From the NCBI GenBank assembly GCA_951406725.2, contig OX597815.1, forward strand, positions 36,952,001 through 37,016,000: a stretch of 64,000 nucleotides of DNA, in the 5' to 3' direction. This document shows, piece after piece, positions 50,859-64,000 of this stretch. Positions within the stretch are counted from its first letter, which is position 1. Each line of letters starts with the position of its first letter. Below the pieces are notes generated by a model. The model was not told the origin of the DNA. It was given only the letters and a program-made list of their open reading frames with translations, and ran no database searches. This DNA comes from Octopus vulgaris. Lineage: Eukaryota. Both the position numbers and the translations under genes were made by a program.

Positions 50859-52474
50859 AACCCTCTCATACATACATAAATACATCACACACACACGCAA
50901 ACACATACGCACACACAGGTTCACATATGTATATATATATTTGCATACATGTTCACACAAACACTGATGTAAAAGGCATTAATCAATTTATGCTCTGGCA
51001 TATAGTTGTTGGAATGCCTCCAAGACAAAATTAACAAAATTAAGAACACCATTCGCAGGCAAATATAAAATAAATATTAGCCAGACAAAGTATCAATGTA
51101 ATTGAATACATTTAGATACATCCTCTTCAATCTCACCAATCATTTTCCATTGTTTGCTGTCTTCATCTACTATTCTTTACTATTTTCTTTTGAGTTTCCC
51201 TTCCCCTACACCCAATCTATTTATCCGAGACCATAAGAAAATATTCTTTGACAAGAGGTGCTGTCCGGAACCTTAAAATTTTCTTCCTCACAGATAATCA
51301 GTATAATGCACGTTTTAGCTGTTTACACAATTCGTAGCTTTATCTCTGAGTGAAATTATAATTTATAAAGAAAACATCAGAGTGGCTAAAATAAGCCTAT
51401 TAGAATGTGCTGTCTTCGAGTGTAAGCTTCTGTTGTTGATTGATAAGTTAGAAATCTCTGTCAAATCTTTCCCAAATCAACCCTTAACTGTTTTAAACAA
51501 GGAAGAACTTATTGTATAATGAGGTCATAGACATACCCAAACAACGCGACGGTCACAGCTAGAATGTTTTCGCTCAAGGTTGATCTTGGGCTATTCAACA
51601 ATAACATCCACTCTTCTCTTCATCCACCTCCTCCAACAACAATGACGCTTTAATCACGACAACCATGACGACGAATAGTCAATGTGATTGTCTTTTCATC
51701 TCTTAAGACGGATATAATTAATGCTAGACATTTATGCTAAAGGATTTAACTAACAGTCCAGGTTGCTTACCGTTTTGTAGCACTGTCTCTATGCAAGAAA
51801 TTTTTTAAAGAGAGCGTTCTATGTTGGTAAGTAGTGGCAAGTATGTTGTGAGTCGAGTACTTGATCGAAGTTCGATTCTCAATGGTTCCTTTTATTTCTG
51901 TGAGTAATTAACTTAGAAAGCTTCAACATCATAAATGATTATTTTGCGTGCAGAAAATCTCAGACCACGATTTTACATAAGAAATTAAAGTTTCATTCTT
52001 TTGGATAAATGACATAAAGTACTGATGATCTGACATTATGACGCTTTCAATTCCTGTTTGAATTGCATCCATTCACTAGCGTTCCATTCAATCGATAAGC
52101 ATGACTATGAAACTAACACATTTTCTCAGCTATACTTTGAGGTATCACTGGCAGTGATTTGACAGATGCAATAGGTTACCTCACATTTGCCTTACAGAAT
52201 GGTAGTTTTTTTTCAGACTACTGGTTCAAATCTTAGCGGTATTTTGTCTGAGTGCTTTGTCATTCTGGGATGAATAAAAGATGATTTCAAGTAACACACT
52301 GTAAATCGAACTTAATCTTTGTATTGGAAAAAGTTTAGTTGTCTACTTAAGAGGTTCATTTCTCAACTTCAGAGGGTATTGAAACGTAAAGAAATTCAGA
52401 GGTTTGAACCTTCTTCCGATAAATTTTCATTTAAAGAAAATAAATAACAGTTCTCTGTAGTTTTGGTACTAGGC

Positions 52475-52670
52475 CAGCAGTTTTGAGGGGTTGTGTTAAG
52501 TCGATTACATTGATTTCAGTACTTGACTGGCTTCTTTATTTTATCAAACCCCGAAAGGAGGAAAGGGAAAGCTGACCTCGGTGAAATTTGAACTCAGAAC
52601 ATAAAGAACCGGAACAAATACTACTAAGCACATTATCTGAAGCGCTAACCATTTAGCTAGCTCACTGCCT
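52475..52670 (-). mobile_element. Diverged SINE family S2
   Basis: CCCCGAAAGGAGGAAAGGGAAAGCTGACCTCGG..TTTGAACTCAGAAC core. Confidence 0.75.
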
Positions 52671-53755
52671 TGCAGTAAGTAATAATTAAAAAAAGAAAGA
52701 AAAAAATGCTGTACAGGCTCCTATAATTAATGTGAAATTGTAGCGGAAATCCTAAACGTTGTTTATCCAATTAAATATATTCTTCATCCAGAAAATTATA
52801 ATCTCAAACGTGTGCTACATACAACACATCCACAATTAAAGATCATGACAAAAGTATTAAAATGATAAATGCTTGAACGAGCTAAGTAGAATTAAGCGGA
52901 AGAAGAAGAGGAACAACTTTCATGCTGAATAGTACGTTTGTGTATCATAATCATATTCAGCGATCTTACGCCGATTTCTTTCAGTTGGTTGAACAGAGGC
53001 TGATAGAATGGACATGTCAAAAAGTAATAACAAAATAGTTATAATTATTATTTTCTCTATGCAGACCACGGAAACGATATATTAGTAAATAAGCGCAATA
53101 TTCGATTTTAAAATGACAAAGACAGCAAAATTGTTGTGAGTTTTCTTGAAGTTTGACAGAAAACAGCCACCAAATGCAAAACCGACATACTGAATACGGT
53201 TCTGTGACGCATTGTGGAAGCCGTCTCACCATATATTTTCTTTTAAACCACTCCAGTCAAATAAATGACATCAACGAATCTCATAAGAACATAACAATAT
53301 GTTGTTAGGCCACTGAAAACTTTAAGAAGAAATTGGATCGAATATTATTCCTTAAAGCTTTTAGCTTTAAATAAAACTATCAAAGTGGAATCTAATGGAT
53401 ATAGAATGGAAGAGAAAGTAGTTTCTGATAAAATCAACGTAGGATTAAATAATAAACCGCGATAGGTGAACTGCGATTGCTGCATATCCTATGGAACTCC
53501 CGTCTTGGCCTTGTATTCATAAAAAAACAGAATCAACAAAATGAACACACACATACACAAATGAATACGTCTCACTGCCATTAGAGCAACTGAACAAATG
53601 CCTGTTTTTTCAAGGTATAAGTCAGTAATAAGACAGTGCTTAGTTCAAGCCTTCAGTTTGTCAAATGCAGGTGAACTAATTTAACTGCTTTAATTTAGCG
53701 AAAGAAAAAGTCTTTTAGAGGCGAGATATAATCCGTTAAATGAGCCTGTATGTAT

Positions 53756-54140
53756 GGAAGCACTCCGTCGGTTACGACGATGAGGGTTCCGGTTGATCCG
53801 AATCAACGGAACAGCCTGCTCGTGAAATTAACGTGTAAGTGGCTGAGCACTCCACAGACACGTGTACCCTTAACGTAGTTCTCGGGGATATTCAGCGTGA
53901 CACAGAGAGTGACAAGGCCGGCCCTTTGAAATACAGGTACAACAGAAACAGGAAATAAGAGTGAGAGAAAGTTGTGGTGAATGAGTACAGCAGGGATCAC
54001 CACCATCCCCTGCCGGAGCCTCGTTGAGCTTTTAGGTGTTTTCGCTCAATAAACAATCACAACGCCCGGTCTGGGAATCGAAACCGCGATCCTATGACCG
54101 CGAGTCCGCTGCCCTAACCACTGGGCCATTGCGCCTCCAC
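53756..54140 (-). mobile_element. tRNA-derived SINE family S3 (tail type 3)
   Basis: 14 bp perfect TSD GAGCCTGTATGTAT (53742-53755 / 54141-54154). Confidence 0.95.
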
Positions 54141-54264
54141 GAGCCTGTATGTATTACTTATTTTACTCATATTGAAAGAACGAAGAGCTAAGTAAATCCT
54201 TGTAAGATCTGAACTCCGACATTACTAGTTGGCTACATTATTAATTATTTCCCTTGAAAAAGTT

Positions 54265-54634
54265 TATCTTTTATCTTTTACGTATTTCAGTCATTTGACT
54301 GCGGCCATGCTGGGGCACTGCCTTGAAGGGTTCTAGTCAAACAAATTGACCCCAGGACTTTCTTAAAGCCTGAGACTTATTCACTTGTTCTCTTTTGCAA
54401 AAGCACACCAACATCTGTTGTCAAGCGGTGGTGGGGACAAACACAGACACACACAGAAACACAGATATACGACAGGCTTCTTTCAGTTTCCGTCTACCAA
54501 ATCCACTCACAAGACTTTGGTCAACTCAAGGCTATCGTAGAAGACACTTGCCCAAGGTACCACACAATAGGGCTGAACCCGGAAATATGTGGCCAGGAAG
54601 CAAGCTTCCTTACTACACAGCCATGCCTATGCCT
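54265..54634 (-). mobile_element. Diverged SINE family S1
   Basis: Similar to 44683-45099. Confidence 0.85.
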
Positions 54635-55255
54635 GATATCAATGAATCTCATTTCTAGAAACAATATAAAAATATAGATGTATTCCGTCTACGCTTTAGG
54701 CTGAAAGTGTAAGAAATATACACGATGTGATTCTCTCTCTCTTTCTCTCTCTCTCACACACACACACACACATCAAATCAACTAGGCCAGATGTAGATAT
54801 AAACACACAGAAAGGTGTTAATTCAGAGTTTACACCGAGAAAACTCGATGAAAATAATAAGTTAACTCGAGAAATATAACAATAAGTGTAAAATTCAAAT
54901 AAATATTTATTATCAACATATACAGTATTTCCTGGTTCAAGTGATGAGATATAAGCAATAATTAGTATGGTCTATCTTGGGAAATATTTTGGCGATTTAT
55001 GAACATATCAAAGATATAGTTAAAAAATGTATATAATTTAGAACAAAATTGTTGTGTATCAACAAAATTTAGTAAGACGCTAGCAGAAATGCTCCGATGT
55101 CTGTAGGGCTTGTCTACTTTCTATCAAATGGGCATGCGTTTTAGAGGTACTGTCATATCCCGACTTCTTGTACTTCACACGCTTCTCAACTGTTGTTGAG
55201 TAATACACCCACGACTCCATTGTATTTCGAGGAAGAATGCGCGTAAGAGAGAACG

Positions 55256-55542
55256 TAAAGAAATAGGTATTTCGTCTGCCGTTACGTTCTGAGTTCAAAT
55301 TCCGCCGAGGTCGACTTTGCCTTTCATCCTTTCGGAGTCGATTGAATAAGTACCAGTTATGCACTGGGGTCGATAAAATCGACTTAATCCTTTTGTCTGT
55401 TCTTGTTTGTCCCCTCTGTGTTTAGCCCCTTGTGGGTTGTAAAGAAATAGGTATTTCGTCTGCCGTTACGTTCTCAGTTCAAATTCTGCCGCGGTCGACT
55501 TTGCCTTTCATTCTTTCGGGGTCGATTAAATAAGTACCAGTT
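55256..55542 (+). mobile_element. SINE family S2 (headless, tandem core)
   Basis: Matches the internal unit of 56851-57266. Confidence 0.88.
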
Positions 55543-55646
55543 AAAAAGATTAATTTCCCTATATTCTCTACCTTAAGATTAATAATTAATGTGAAATATG
55601 TTTCTCGAGAGTGTCACATATAGCTGCAGACTCTAGTGTCCAGTTT

Positions 55647-55971
55647 TTTTAATATATATTTTTTATTTATGCGCCCTTTTCAAGCCTAGCCAGGTTCATG
55701 GGCCCGGTTTCCCTGTTTATATAGCGTATGTGTTCCTCCCCCAGCTGGACGGGACGCCAGTCCATCGCAGCGTTACTCAAGAAACAGGAAGAAAGAGTGG
55801 GAGAAAGTTGGGGCGAAAGAGCACAACAAGAGTACACCACCCCCTGCCGGAGCTTCGTGGAGCTTTAGGTGTTTTCGCTCAATAAACACACACAATGCCC
55901 GGTCTGGGAATCGAAACCGCGATCCTCCGACCGCGAGTCCGCTGTCCTAACCACTGGGCCATTGCGCCTCC
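55647..55971 (-). mobile_element. tRNA-derived SINE family S3 (tail type 4)
   Basis: 12 bp TSD AGTGTCCAGTTT (55635-55646 / 55972-55983); S3 head. Confidence 0.92.
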
Positions 55972-56850
55972 AGTGTCCAGTTTAGTGTCTCTCTTTATAA
56001 TGCCTATTAGTATAATTATTATTGGTGTCATGTACATCACAGTTACAGCTATAAAATATTTTTAGATCATTGTTTCTTGAATAACTGGCGACTACTTTAG
56101 TTGTATCAGCCTGCATAAAATGGCATGTAAAGCGTCATTATCGTTATTCATTACAATCACCACTAATTAAGCAAAATAAATAATAGTCTGTTACTAGTGC
56201 TAGTAAAACCTTGACAACGATGCGCGCCAAAAATCAATGTATAGTAATCAGTACTAGGATATATTTATTACATATGAATTGTGACTGCAGGCTTATATTA
56301 CAAGGAGTTCCAGTAAAAATCATTATACTTTACATCCTGACATTTTAATATGATACAGGATGATTTGGTGGAAGACTTTTTTCAGGAAAAATATAAATCA
56401 GGAAATACGGTGATCCGTGATGTGTGCAATACGTGGGTGCGTGATGAAATTGAAATTAAGGAAATCGTTGAGGTAGGATCCTTAAGGTTATTAAATAAAT
56501 ACTTGAGCATACTTTCGACATGAAAACACATCTGACATAGTATAAAAGAATACCCATTCACCAAGATAAAATTTTCTTCACACGGGTTGAACATTTACTC
56601 GTTCAAATGATACGAAGAATGTTTGAGAGGTTCAAAGATCAAACATCAATAAAAGTTAGAAGTGAAGTATTGCGAATTTCTTCACTGTTTGAAAAGCTAT
56701 GGCGATAAATCATAAAAGTATGTAAAGAAATTGAAATCTTAAATAATCTTATGTGTTTGGCCGTTTTTGATTTAGAAACAAAGGCATTTATCTACGATGT
56801 TGCAAGACACTAAACCAATTCGGAGAAAGATAAATGGATTAAAATATAAC

Positions 56851-57266
56851 GGCGGCGAGCTGGCAGAAACGTTAGCACGCCGGGCGAAATGCTTAGCGGT
56901 ATTTCGTCTGCCGCTACGTTCTGAGTTCAAATTCCGCCGAGGTCGATTTTGCCTTTCATCCTTCCGGGGTCGATTAAATAAATACCAGTTACGCACTGGG
57001 GTCGATGTAATCGACTTAATCCGTTTGTGTGTCCTTGTTTGTCCCCTCTGTGTTTAGCCCCTTGTGGGTAGTAAAGAAATAGGTATTTCGTCTGCCGATA
57101 CGTTCTGAGTTCACATTCCGCCGAGGTCGACTTTGCCTTTCATCGTTTCGGGGTCGATTAAATAAGTACCAGTTACGCACTGGGGTCGATATAATCGACT
57201 TAATCCCTTTGTCTGTTCTTGTTTGTCCACTCTACGTTTAGCCCCTTGTGGGCAATAAAGAAATAA
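56851..57266 (+). mobile_element. SINE family S2 with tandem duplication of its body
   Basis: GGCGGCGAGCTGGCAGAAACGTTAGC head, B-box-like GAGTTCAAATTCC, body of ~185 bp repeated twice. Confidence 0.92.
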
Positions 57267-57579
57267 GAAATTAAAATAGAACGAAAAGGGATTAAAATAT
57301 AACGAATATTCTTCTCTTTAAACATGAAAATATTCCAGCTGTTACATAACATCACCCCCCACACACACATGACAATAGTACCGTAATCAAATTATGTTTA
57401 TATAGCACATAGAAGTTCCTTCATTAATAAATGCATGCAGTAAAATATTGCCAGTTAATTCTACCTATAGTGCGTTGGTAAATCAACTGAAAACCAGACA
57501 TAAACTAGAAGCACAATACCCGCAGAAAATTTCAATTCCAGATCATATAAAACTTTAATTTAGAATTTCTACTAAAGAC

Positions 57580-57995
57580 TCAGGCAGTTATGGTTCTGTG
57601 GTTTAAAAGCTCGCTCTTCGACCATGTGGTTTCGAGTTCAGCCCTACTGCACTGCATCTTGGGCAAGTCTTCTATAATAGCCCTGGGTTGACCAATGTTT
57701 TGTGAGTGAATTTGGTAGATAGAAACTGTGTGGAAACTGGTCGTATATATGTGTGTGTCTTTGTATCTGCGTTTCTTACCCCTTCACCGCCTGTAAACTG
57801 GTGTTGGTTTGTTTGCGGCCAAATTAACGTTAGGCCAAAAAAACTGATAAAATAAGTATCAGACATAAACTACAAAAACCTCAAAAACGTCAAAAAAAAA
57901 AAAAGGACAAAGCCTAAGCACTGGGGTCAATTTCTTTTACTAAAACCCTTCAAAACAGTACCATCTCGGCCGCAGTTTAATAGCTAAAACAAGTA
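57580..57995 (+). mobile_element. Old diverged SINE family S1
   Basis: CTTGGGCAAGT..GTGAGTGAATTTGGTAGA..GGCCGCAGT..AAACAAGTAAA. Confidence 0.75.
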
Positions 57996-58086
57996 AATAG
58001 AGATAAAAAAAATCTCTTACAGAGTGATAGAGAGAATCTCTACATACACATACAGAGAGAGAGAGAAAGAGAGAGGGAGCGCGAGC

Positions 58087-58192
<106 letters not shown>

Positions 58193-60555
58193 CTTTCGTC
58201 TCATTGGGTTGAGTGTTCTGTGTTTGTATACTGTTTTGCCTCGAATAAATCTTGAAGACTTTAAATGCATATGATGAAATTAATCGACCTGGAACCAAGC
58301 ATATTCTGTACGTGTTGTCAATGTTGTAGAAGCGTTGTCATTCCTAATATTTTTATATGTTGCATATCTATGTTATTGAGTATTACCCTCAATAACATTG
58401 ATATGGTTGAGTGTATTTGATGTCTTTTACTGCTACTATCAACTCCGAAAGGTGGAAAGTGAAGTCGACTTCGGAGTATTTAATTCTATGCATTCAGAGA
58501 TGTATTGAATTGAATACTCCAAAGTCTTTACTGTGTTGCTCTACTACTTCTGTCGTTCCACCACCTCATATGACTTCTACAAAACACACCAATGAGGAAG
58601 GCTTTACATGTTGCTCTATCTCTATCTGATAGAAATAACAGCTAAATTTTCCTTGGGTCAGAGCTTACTGTGCTAAAGATGGAAAGACAATGGATAATGT
58701 AGCCCAGGATACTCTATGCATTGTGACTAGAAAGTAAAGTGAAGATTCTCAGGGCTGAAATGCCTTTTATTATTGGTTTGCTCAGTCAGGATTGATGTAG
58801 AAATAAATAATATCTGATTGAACCAACGAAGAATCTTCTATGTGCAACTCTACTCGCTACAAGTAGCAATCAAATCTCCTCCAAACCTAACTCATATCAT
58901 CTTAAAACACGAAGAACACACGAGAAATTGAAATTGGATACACTGAATATCTTAATGACATTCTAACCAAATACACTAATCAAACATCTCATTTCTAGCG
59001 GTGTTGAAACAAGCATTGTGATAATTAATGATAACCAATCCTGCCTCTTACTTAGTTTCACTTTAAAAGATTGTTTATATTTCTTACATAGGAACATAAC
59101 GCTGCATTTAAGGAGGGAAAATGCTACTGTTTAACATGAATATTTCCTTTAATGTTTATACACAGGAAATCAAATCAGATCATAGATGTGGCTCGAGGGT
59201 TTTTTTAAACTCATTTTAGGAATAATATATTAGTTGTCTTAAATGTTAGATACAAAGTTAAATGTTAGATACAAACATTTTCGCTTTATTTGGTTATACA
59301 ACATAGGCGCAATAAACGGAAGAAACTACTATTTAGCCTGATGTTTAATTAATAAAAAGTTTGGTAAAATGTTTCGAAAAGAAGACCGTTTAAAATCCTT
59401 GAAGTGATTTGGCCATGCTATATGCCACCTAAACATTCACCAAATTGTGCCTATTTTTATTAAATAATCTGAGAAAACAACTGTTTCATAGACCTGCCAG
59501 TCTAAGGGGTAATGGACAAGATTCTAAGTAGAAAATCAAACAGCGTACTCTTTTAATAAAAACTTTAAGATAGAAATGAATAATTTGTCAATTTTGGTTG
59601 TGTTGAGTGGATGATACAGAGTGAAATATAAATCGTAATGATTTATGAATCAGCAGATATTGTTAACGAGATGTAAATATACACAATGATAAAATAGGGA
59701 TAATATATAACGTTATTTCCGTCTTGTAGAAGAGCTAGACATCGTATTAGGTAATCAGAAATGTAAAGAGACAGTAAGAATAACATTTTGGCATGAGATT
59801 TATGTAGTAACTTATGCAACGAGATATTCTTTGAATCTGCTGTGAACTAGAGTATTGTGCCACCCACACTCTTTTCTTTCCCCAATACCATTCCTATATA
59901 CAGATACGCTCAAAAACAGTTATATTTCTTATGTTAGTGAAATAACAAAATATACCAAGGGCATGACTTGGTTCATATCTATTTAGTGTATTTGAACAAT
60001 TTAGACACATATATAGTATATATAGTTATACATAGACGTACATAGACACATTAGTCTTTAGTTTTCTAACTACATTACTTTTTTAATGTTTGTAAGAGAC
60101 ATGACCATCAGTGGACTGAAGAACCAATAGGGCAACCGGATAAAATGCCATGCATCTTTTACTTGTATAACTTTTATGGTTTGAGTTCAAATCTTACTAA
60201 TTCCTTTTTTTCTATTTACTCGCTCTGTCTACGGGAAGGCAAATTGCCATAGCCTTCGCAAACTCTCCTATATTAGGAGTAGGAGTTTAATGTCCTTAGT
60301 GCTTCTCTTGAATCTTTACAAGTTAACAACGTTAGGGAGATAAGCAAAGGGAAAAGAAAGGACTGGGCGTAGTGCAAGGTCTGGGACGATTGCTCAAAAA
60401 AAAAAAAAAAAAGAATTAGTGGAGGAGAGACGAGTGGTCTGGAAATGTCTGAGTGAAGGTAGAATCTTTCTCGAGTTGATAAGATCATCTATATTTCTCC
60501 ACAAAATTCTTGGTTTTGTGCATATCTTAAAAAATAATATAGAACAGCCACGAGC

Positions 60556-60958
60556 TTACTCTTTTACTCTTTTACTTGTTTCAGTCATTTGACTGTGGCC
60601 ATGCTGGAGCACCGCCTTTAGTCGAGCAACTCGACCCTGGGACTTATTCTTTGTAAGCCTAGTACTTATTCTATCGGTCTCTTTTGCCGAACCGCTAAGT
60701 GACGGGGACATGAACACACCAGCATCGGTTGTCAAGCGATGTTGGGAGAACAAACACAGACACACAAACACACATATATATATATACATATACACGACAG
60801 GCTTCTTTCAGTTTCCGTCTACCAAATCCACTCACAAGGCTTTGGTCGGCCCGAAGCTATAGTAGAAGACACTTTCCCAAAGTGCCACGCAGTGGGACTG
60901 AACCCGGAACCATGTGGTTGGTAAGCAAGCTACTTACCACACAGCCATTCCTGCGCCT
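60556..60958 (-). mobile_element. tRNA-derived SINE family S1
   Basis: Full-length match. Confidence 0.93.
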
Positions 60959-62284
60959 GTAAAATAAATATTGCCTTGTAACACTCATTTAGATTTATTG
61001 TCTTTTTTTTATTCAGACAATAGGGCATCTGCAATTTCATTATTTACTCTAACTCTCCTCTAGAGGAAACTTGGTGGCTATTTCTAGCATACTGAAAGCC
61101 CCTCTCCATTGTAGTACAGCATAGTGTTGATGTTGCTACCAAGTCAGCCATAGTCGTCAAAGGCGTTCCGGTTGGTATTACCACAACTTTATATTTACAA
61201 CTGATTTGTGCCTACCAGTCAGAAACCGATAAAAAGCAAACTTTTTCGAACATTTGATTTGATCATAGAAAATTTTGATTGGTTTTGTTTAATTAAAACC
61301 ATAGATTTTGTTATCACTTGTATATTAACTTATGGCACATTCTAATGAAAAGTTATATCATTTATGTAAAGGTTTTTTTTTTTGCTTCGTTTCTCTAACA
61401 ACGATTTTATTCACAAAATTCTTCAATTCAATTCCTTGACTATAAATATATTTCTCTGTATAAGTCAACATAACATAATGTCAATTGAAATTAAGAAGTG
61501 AAATAAATATCCACGACTTGAAATTAAGAGAATAAAAGATAATGGAGTTAAAAAAACAAAAACAAAAAACAAAACGAAAGAATAAAATAAAAATGAAAAT
61601 AAAAACAGCAGCAACAGAATATAGAGACATAAACCAGCAACATATCCAGACAAAGTCAGAGAAAACCAATACAGAAAGCAATTTACGCCAGTTTGATCTG
61701 GTATCATTAATTTTAATAATTACTACATCCATTGCTACGTATTCTTTATCAATCTCTCTTACATCTTCGAAAAGCGTGTCGTCGGCGGCAAGACACGGAA
61801 AGATTGAGGGAAACGGGAAAGACAAAGACAGCAAGAGAGAAACAAGTTGGGAAAGATTGAAAGAGAGGTAGATATAGAGTGAAAGAACAGGGGAAAAGTG
61901 AGGTGATGGGAAGAGAAAAGTGGGTAGAGAAAGGGGAAGAGGGAGAACCAGAGAAGAGAAAAACCGAGAAGAGAAAAAATAAAGGAGAGACGATTATCAA
62001 ATAAATTCTTAATTACTTTTCATATAAGATGAATCTGATCGCCATAGCAACTATACAGCTTCTCGCGCTCATTCATTACTGTTAAGAGTATCGAATTGCT
62101 ATTGTTCACCGTTCAATCTTTCTTGCTGTCATCATTGTCGCTATTTCAATTTGCCTGTCAATCTATCTACCTTTCTATGGATTTATTTATTTATCACTGT
62201 TGAAAAGTATATTTGCTTGCATTACTTCTTCTCACCCTTCATATTATCTCCCCTCCTACAGATACGTGTGTATATATGTATATA

Positions 62285-62403
<119 letters not shown>

Positions 62404-62407
62404 TTAT

Positions 62408-62485
<78 letters not shown>

Positions 62486-62861
62486 GCATACATTCAGTCA
62501 CACGCCACACGTCACACACCACACGCTACACGCTACACGCCACACGCACCTGAACGTGTATACATGTTGGCATAGTCGTCAGATTGTCAGACGAAATGCT
62601 TAGTAGTGTCTATTCTGCCTCTTTGCGCTCTGATTTCAAATCTGATTCAGACTGCTTTTACTTTTCATTCTCTATGGGTCAATAAAATAAAGTGTCGGTC
62701 AAGAGCAGTGGCTTGGCGGAATTCTTAGAGTATGGGACACTAATTATTTCGGTTCTTTGCATTGTGAGTTCAAGTACCATCTGATGCATAAACGCCTTTA
62801 GCAAAGGAATCCAATTTGTCCTTCCCCTCTGAGTAAGCGATAAAAAATAGTACACATACAT

Positions 62862-63197
62862 GTACTTTTAATTCTTTCAGTCATTGTACTACAGGTATGC
62901 TGGGGCATGCATTGAGGCCATTAGTTGATAAATTTGATCCCATTAAAAAATTTAAATCTTGTACTTATCATGGCGAACCTTTTGCTCAAACTAACCAGCA
63001 CCATTTGGCAACCTGTTGGAGGCAAGCACTGACATGCATACGCACGCATATGACAGAATTCTTCATAGTTTCTGTCTATCAAACTCAGAAGATTTTACTA
63101 GCTCGGGTTGGTTACAGTAGAAAACACTTGCCCAAGGTGCCGAATAGTGGGACTGAACCCAAAATCACGTAGTTGCTGAGCGAACTTCTTAATCACA
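62862..63197 (-). mobile_element. Old diverged SINE family S1
   Basis: Patchy similarity (ACACTTGCCCAAGGTGCC..GTGGGACTGAACCC). Confidence 0.7.
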
Positions 63198-63614
63198 TAC
63201 TCTTTACTCTTTTACTCTTTTACTTGTTTCAGTCTTTGACTGCGGCCATGCTGGAGCACCGCCTTTAATCGAGCAACTCGACCCCGGGACTTATTCTTTT
63301 GTAAGCCCAGCACTTATTCTATCGGTCTCTTTTGCCGAACCGCTAAGTGACGGGGACGTAAACACACCAGCATCGGTTGTCAAGCAATGCTAGGGGGACA
63401 AACACACTCACACAAACACACACACGCATATATATATATATACATATATACGACGGGCTTCTTTCAGTTTCCTTCTACCAAATCCACTCACAAGGCTTTG
63501 GTCGGCCCGAGGCTATAGCAGAAGACATTTGCCCAAGGTGCCACGCAGTGGGACTGAACCCGGAACCATGTGGCTGGTAAACAAGCTACTTACCACACAG
63601 CCACTCCTGCGCCT
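63198..63614 (-). mobile_element. tRNA-derived SINE family S1
   Basis: Full-length match. Confidence 0.93.
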
Positions 63615-64000
63615 ATATTTTCATTACTTCCTATTAAAATATTTTTCTAATTCTACTGATCAATCAGTTCCTTCACTAGTCTACTGATACCAATCGACAA
63701 ATCTTCTCCAAATCCACTTCTACACAAAAATGCTTCAGTGAGGAAACTCCACAGACATTCCTCTCTCTGATGAATTTCCCAAGAATGAAACAGTACTCAT
63801 CCAGTAGGTGTCGCCCCTAAAAGAAATCAATACAGCCTTGACTTGATGCATTGAGTACCATTTCTTTCATTGTTGTTGCCTCTGTTTCTAACGGAACTGC
63901 CAACCATAACTACGTGTGTGTGTGTATGTGAGTGTGCGTGTGTGTGTGTGTATATGTGTGTGTAGCACTATAGTGCATTTGTTTGTCTATATATTTCTAA

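Noticed and set aside
53017-55250. Non-repetitive short ORFs (53017-53232 -, 55080-55250 -)
   Set aside because: No recognisable domain or convincing splice signals.

Overview
This is repeat-saturated, AT-rich eukaryotic DNA with no recognisable host gene. The SINE families and microsatellite load strongly suggest an octopus (cephalopod) genome; this is an inference from recalled repeat families, not a search. Nearly all ORFs in the track are microsatellite or SINE artefacts. The window holds three tRNA-derived SINE families, fragments of RTE, CR1-like and R4/Dong-like (RLE) LINEs, two Helitrons, fold-back/MITE elements and decayed Penelope-like element (PLE) coding fragments (GIY-YIG endonuclease, N-terminal region). 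The main signal is hidden in the non-coding DNA: at least six sequence families of type-I hammerhead ribozyme (HHR) motifs. They lie in small non-coding units abutting (TA)n tracts, arranged as partial tandem repeats of 546, 492 and 448 nt, often with a 5' inverted copy. This is a PLE pseudo-LTR / retrozyme-like system predicted to release self-cleaved, possibly circular, RNAs. Several families carry consistent non-canonical core features (A6U; unpaired 10.1-11.1; extended stem II). All structures and translations were read by eye and no activity is shown.
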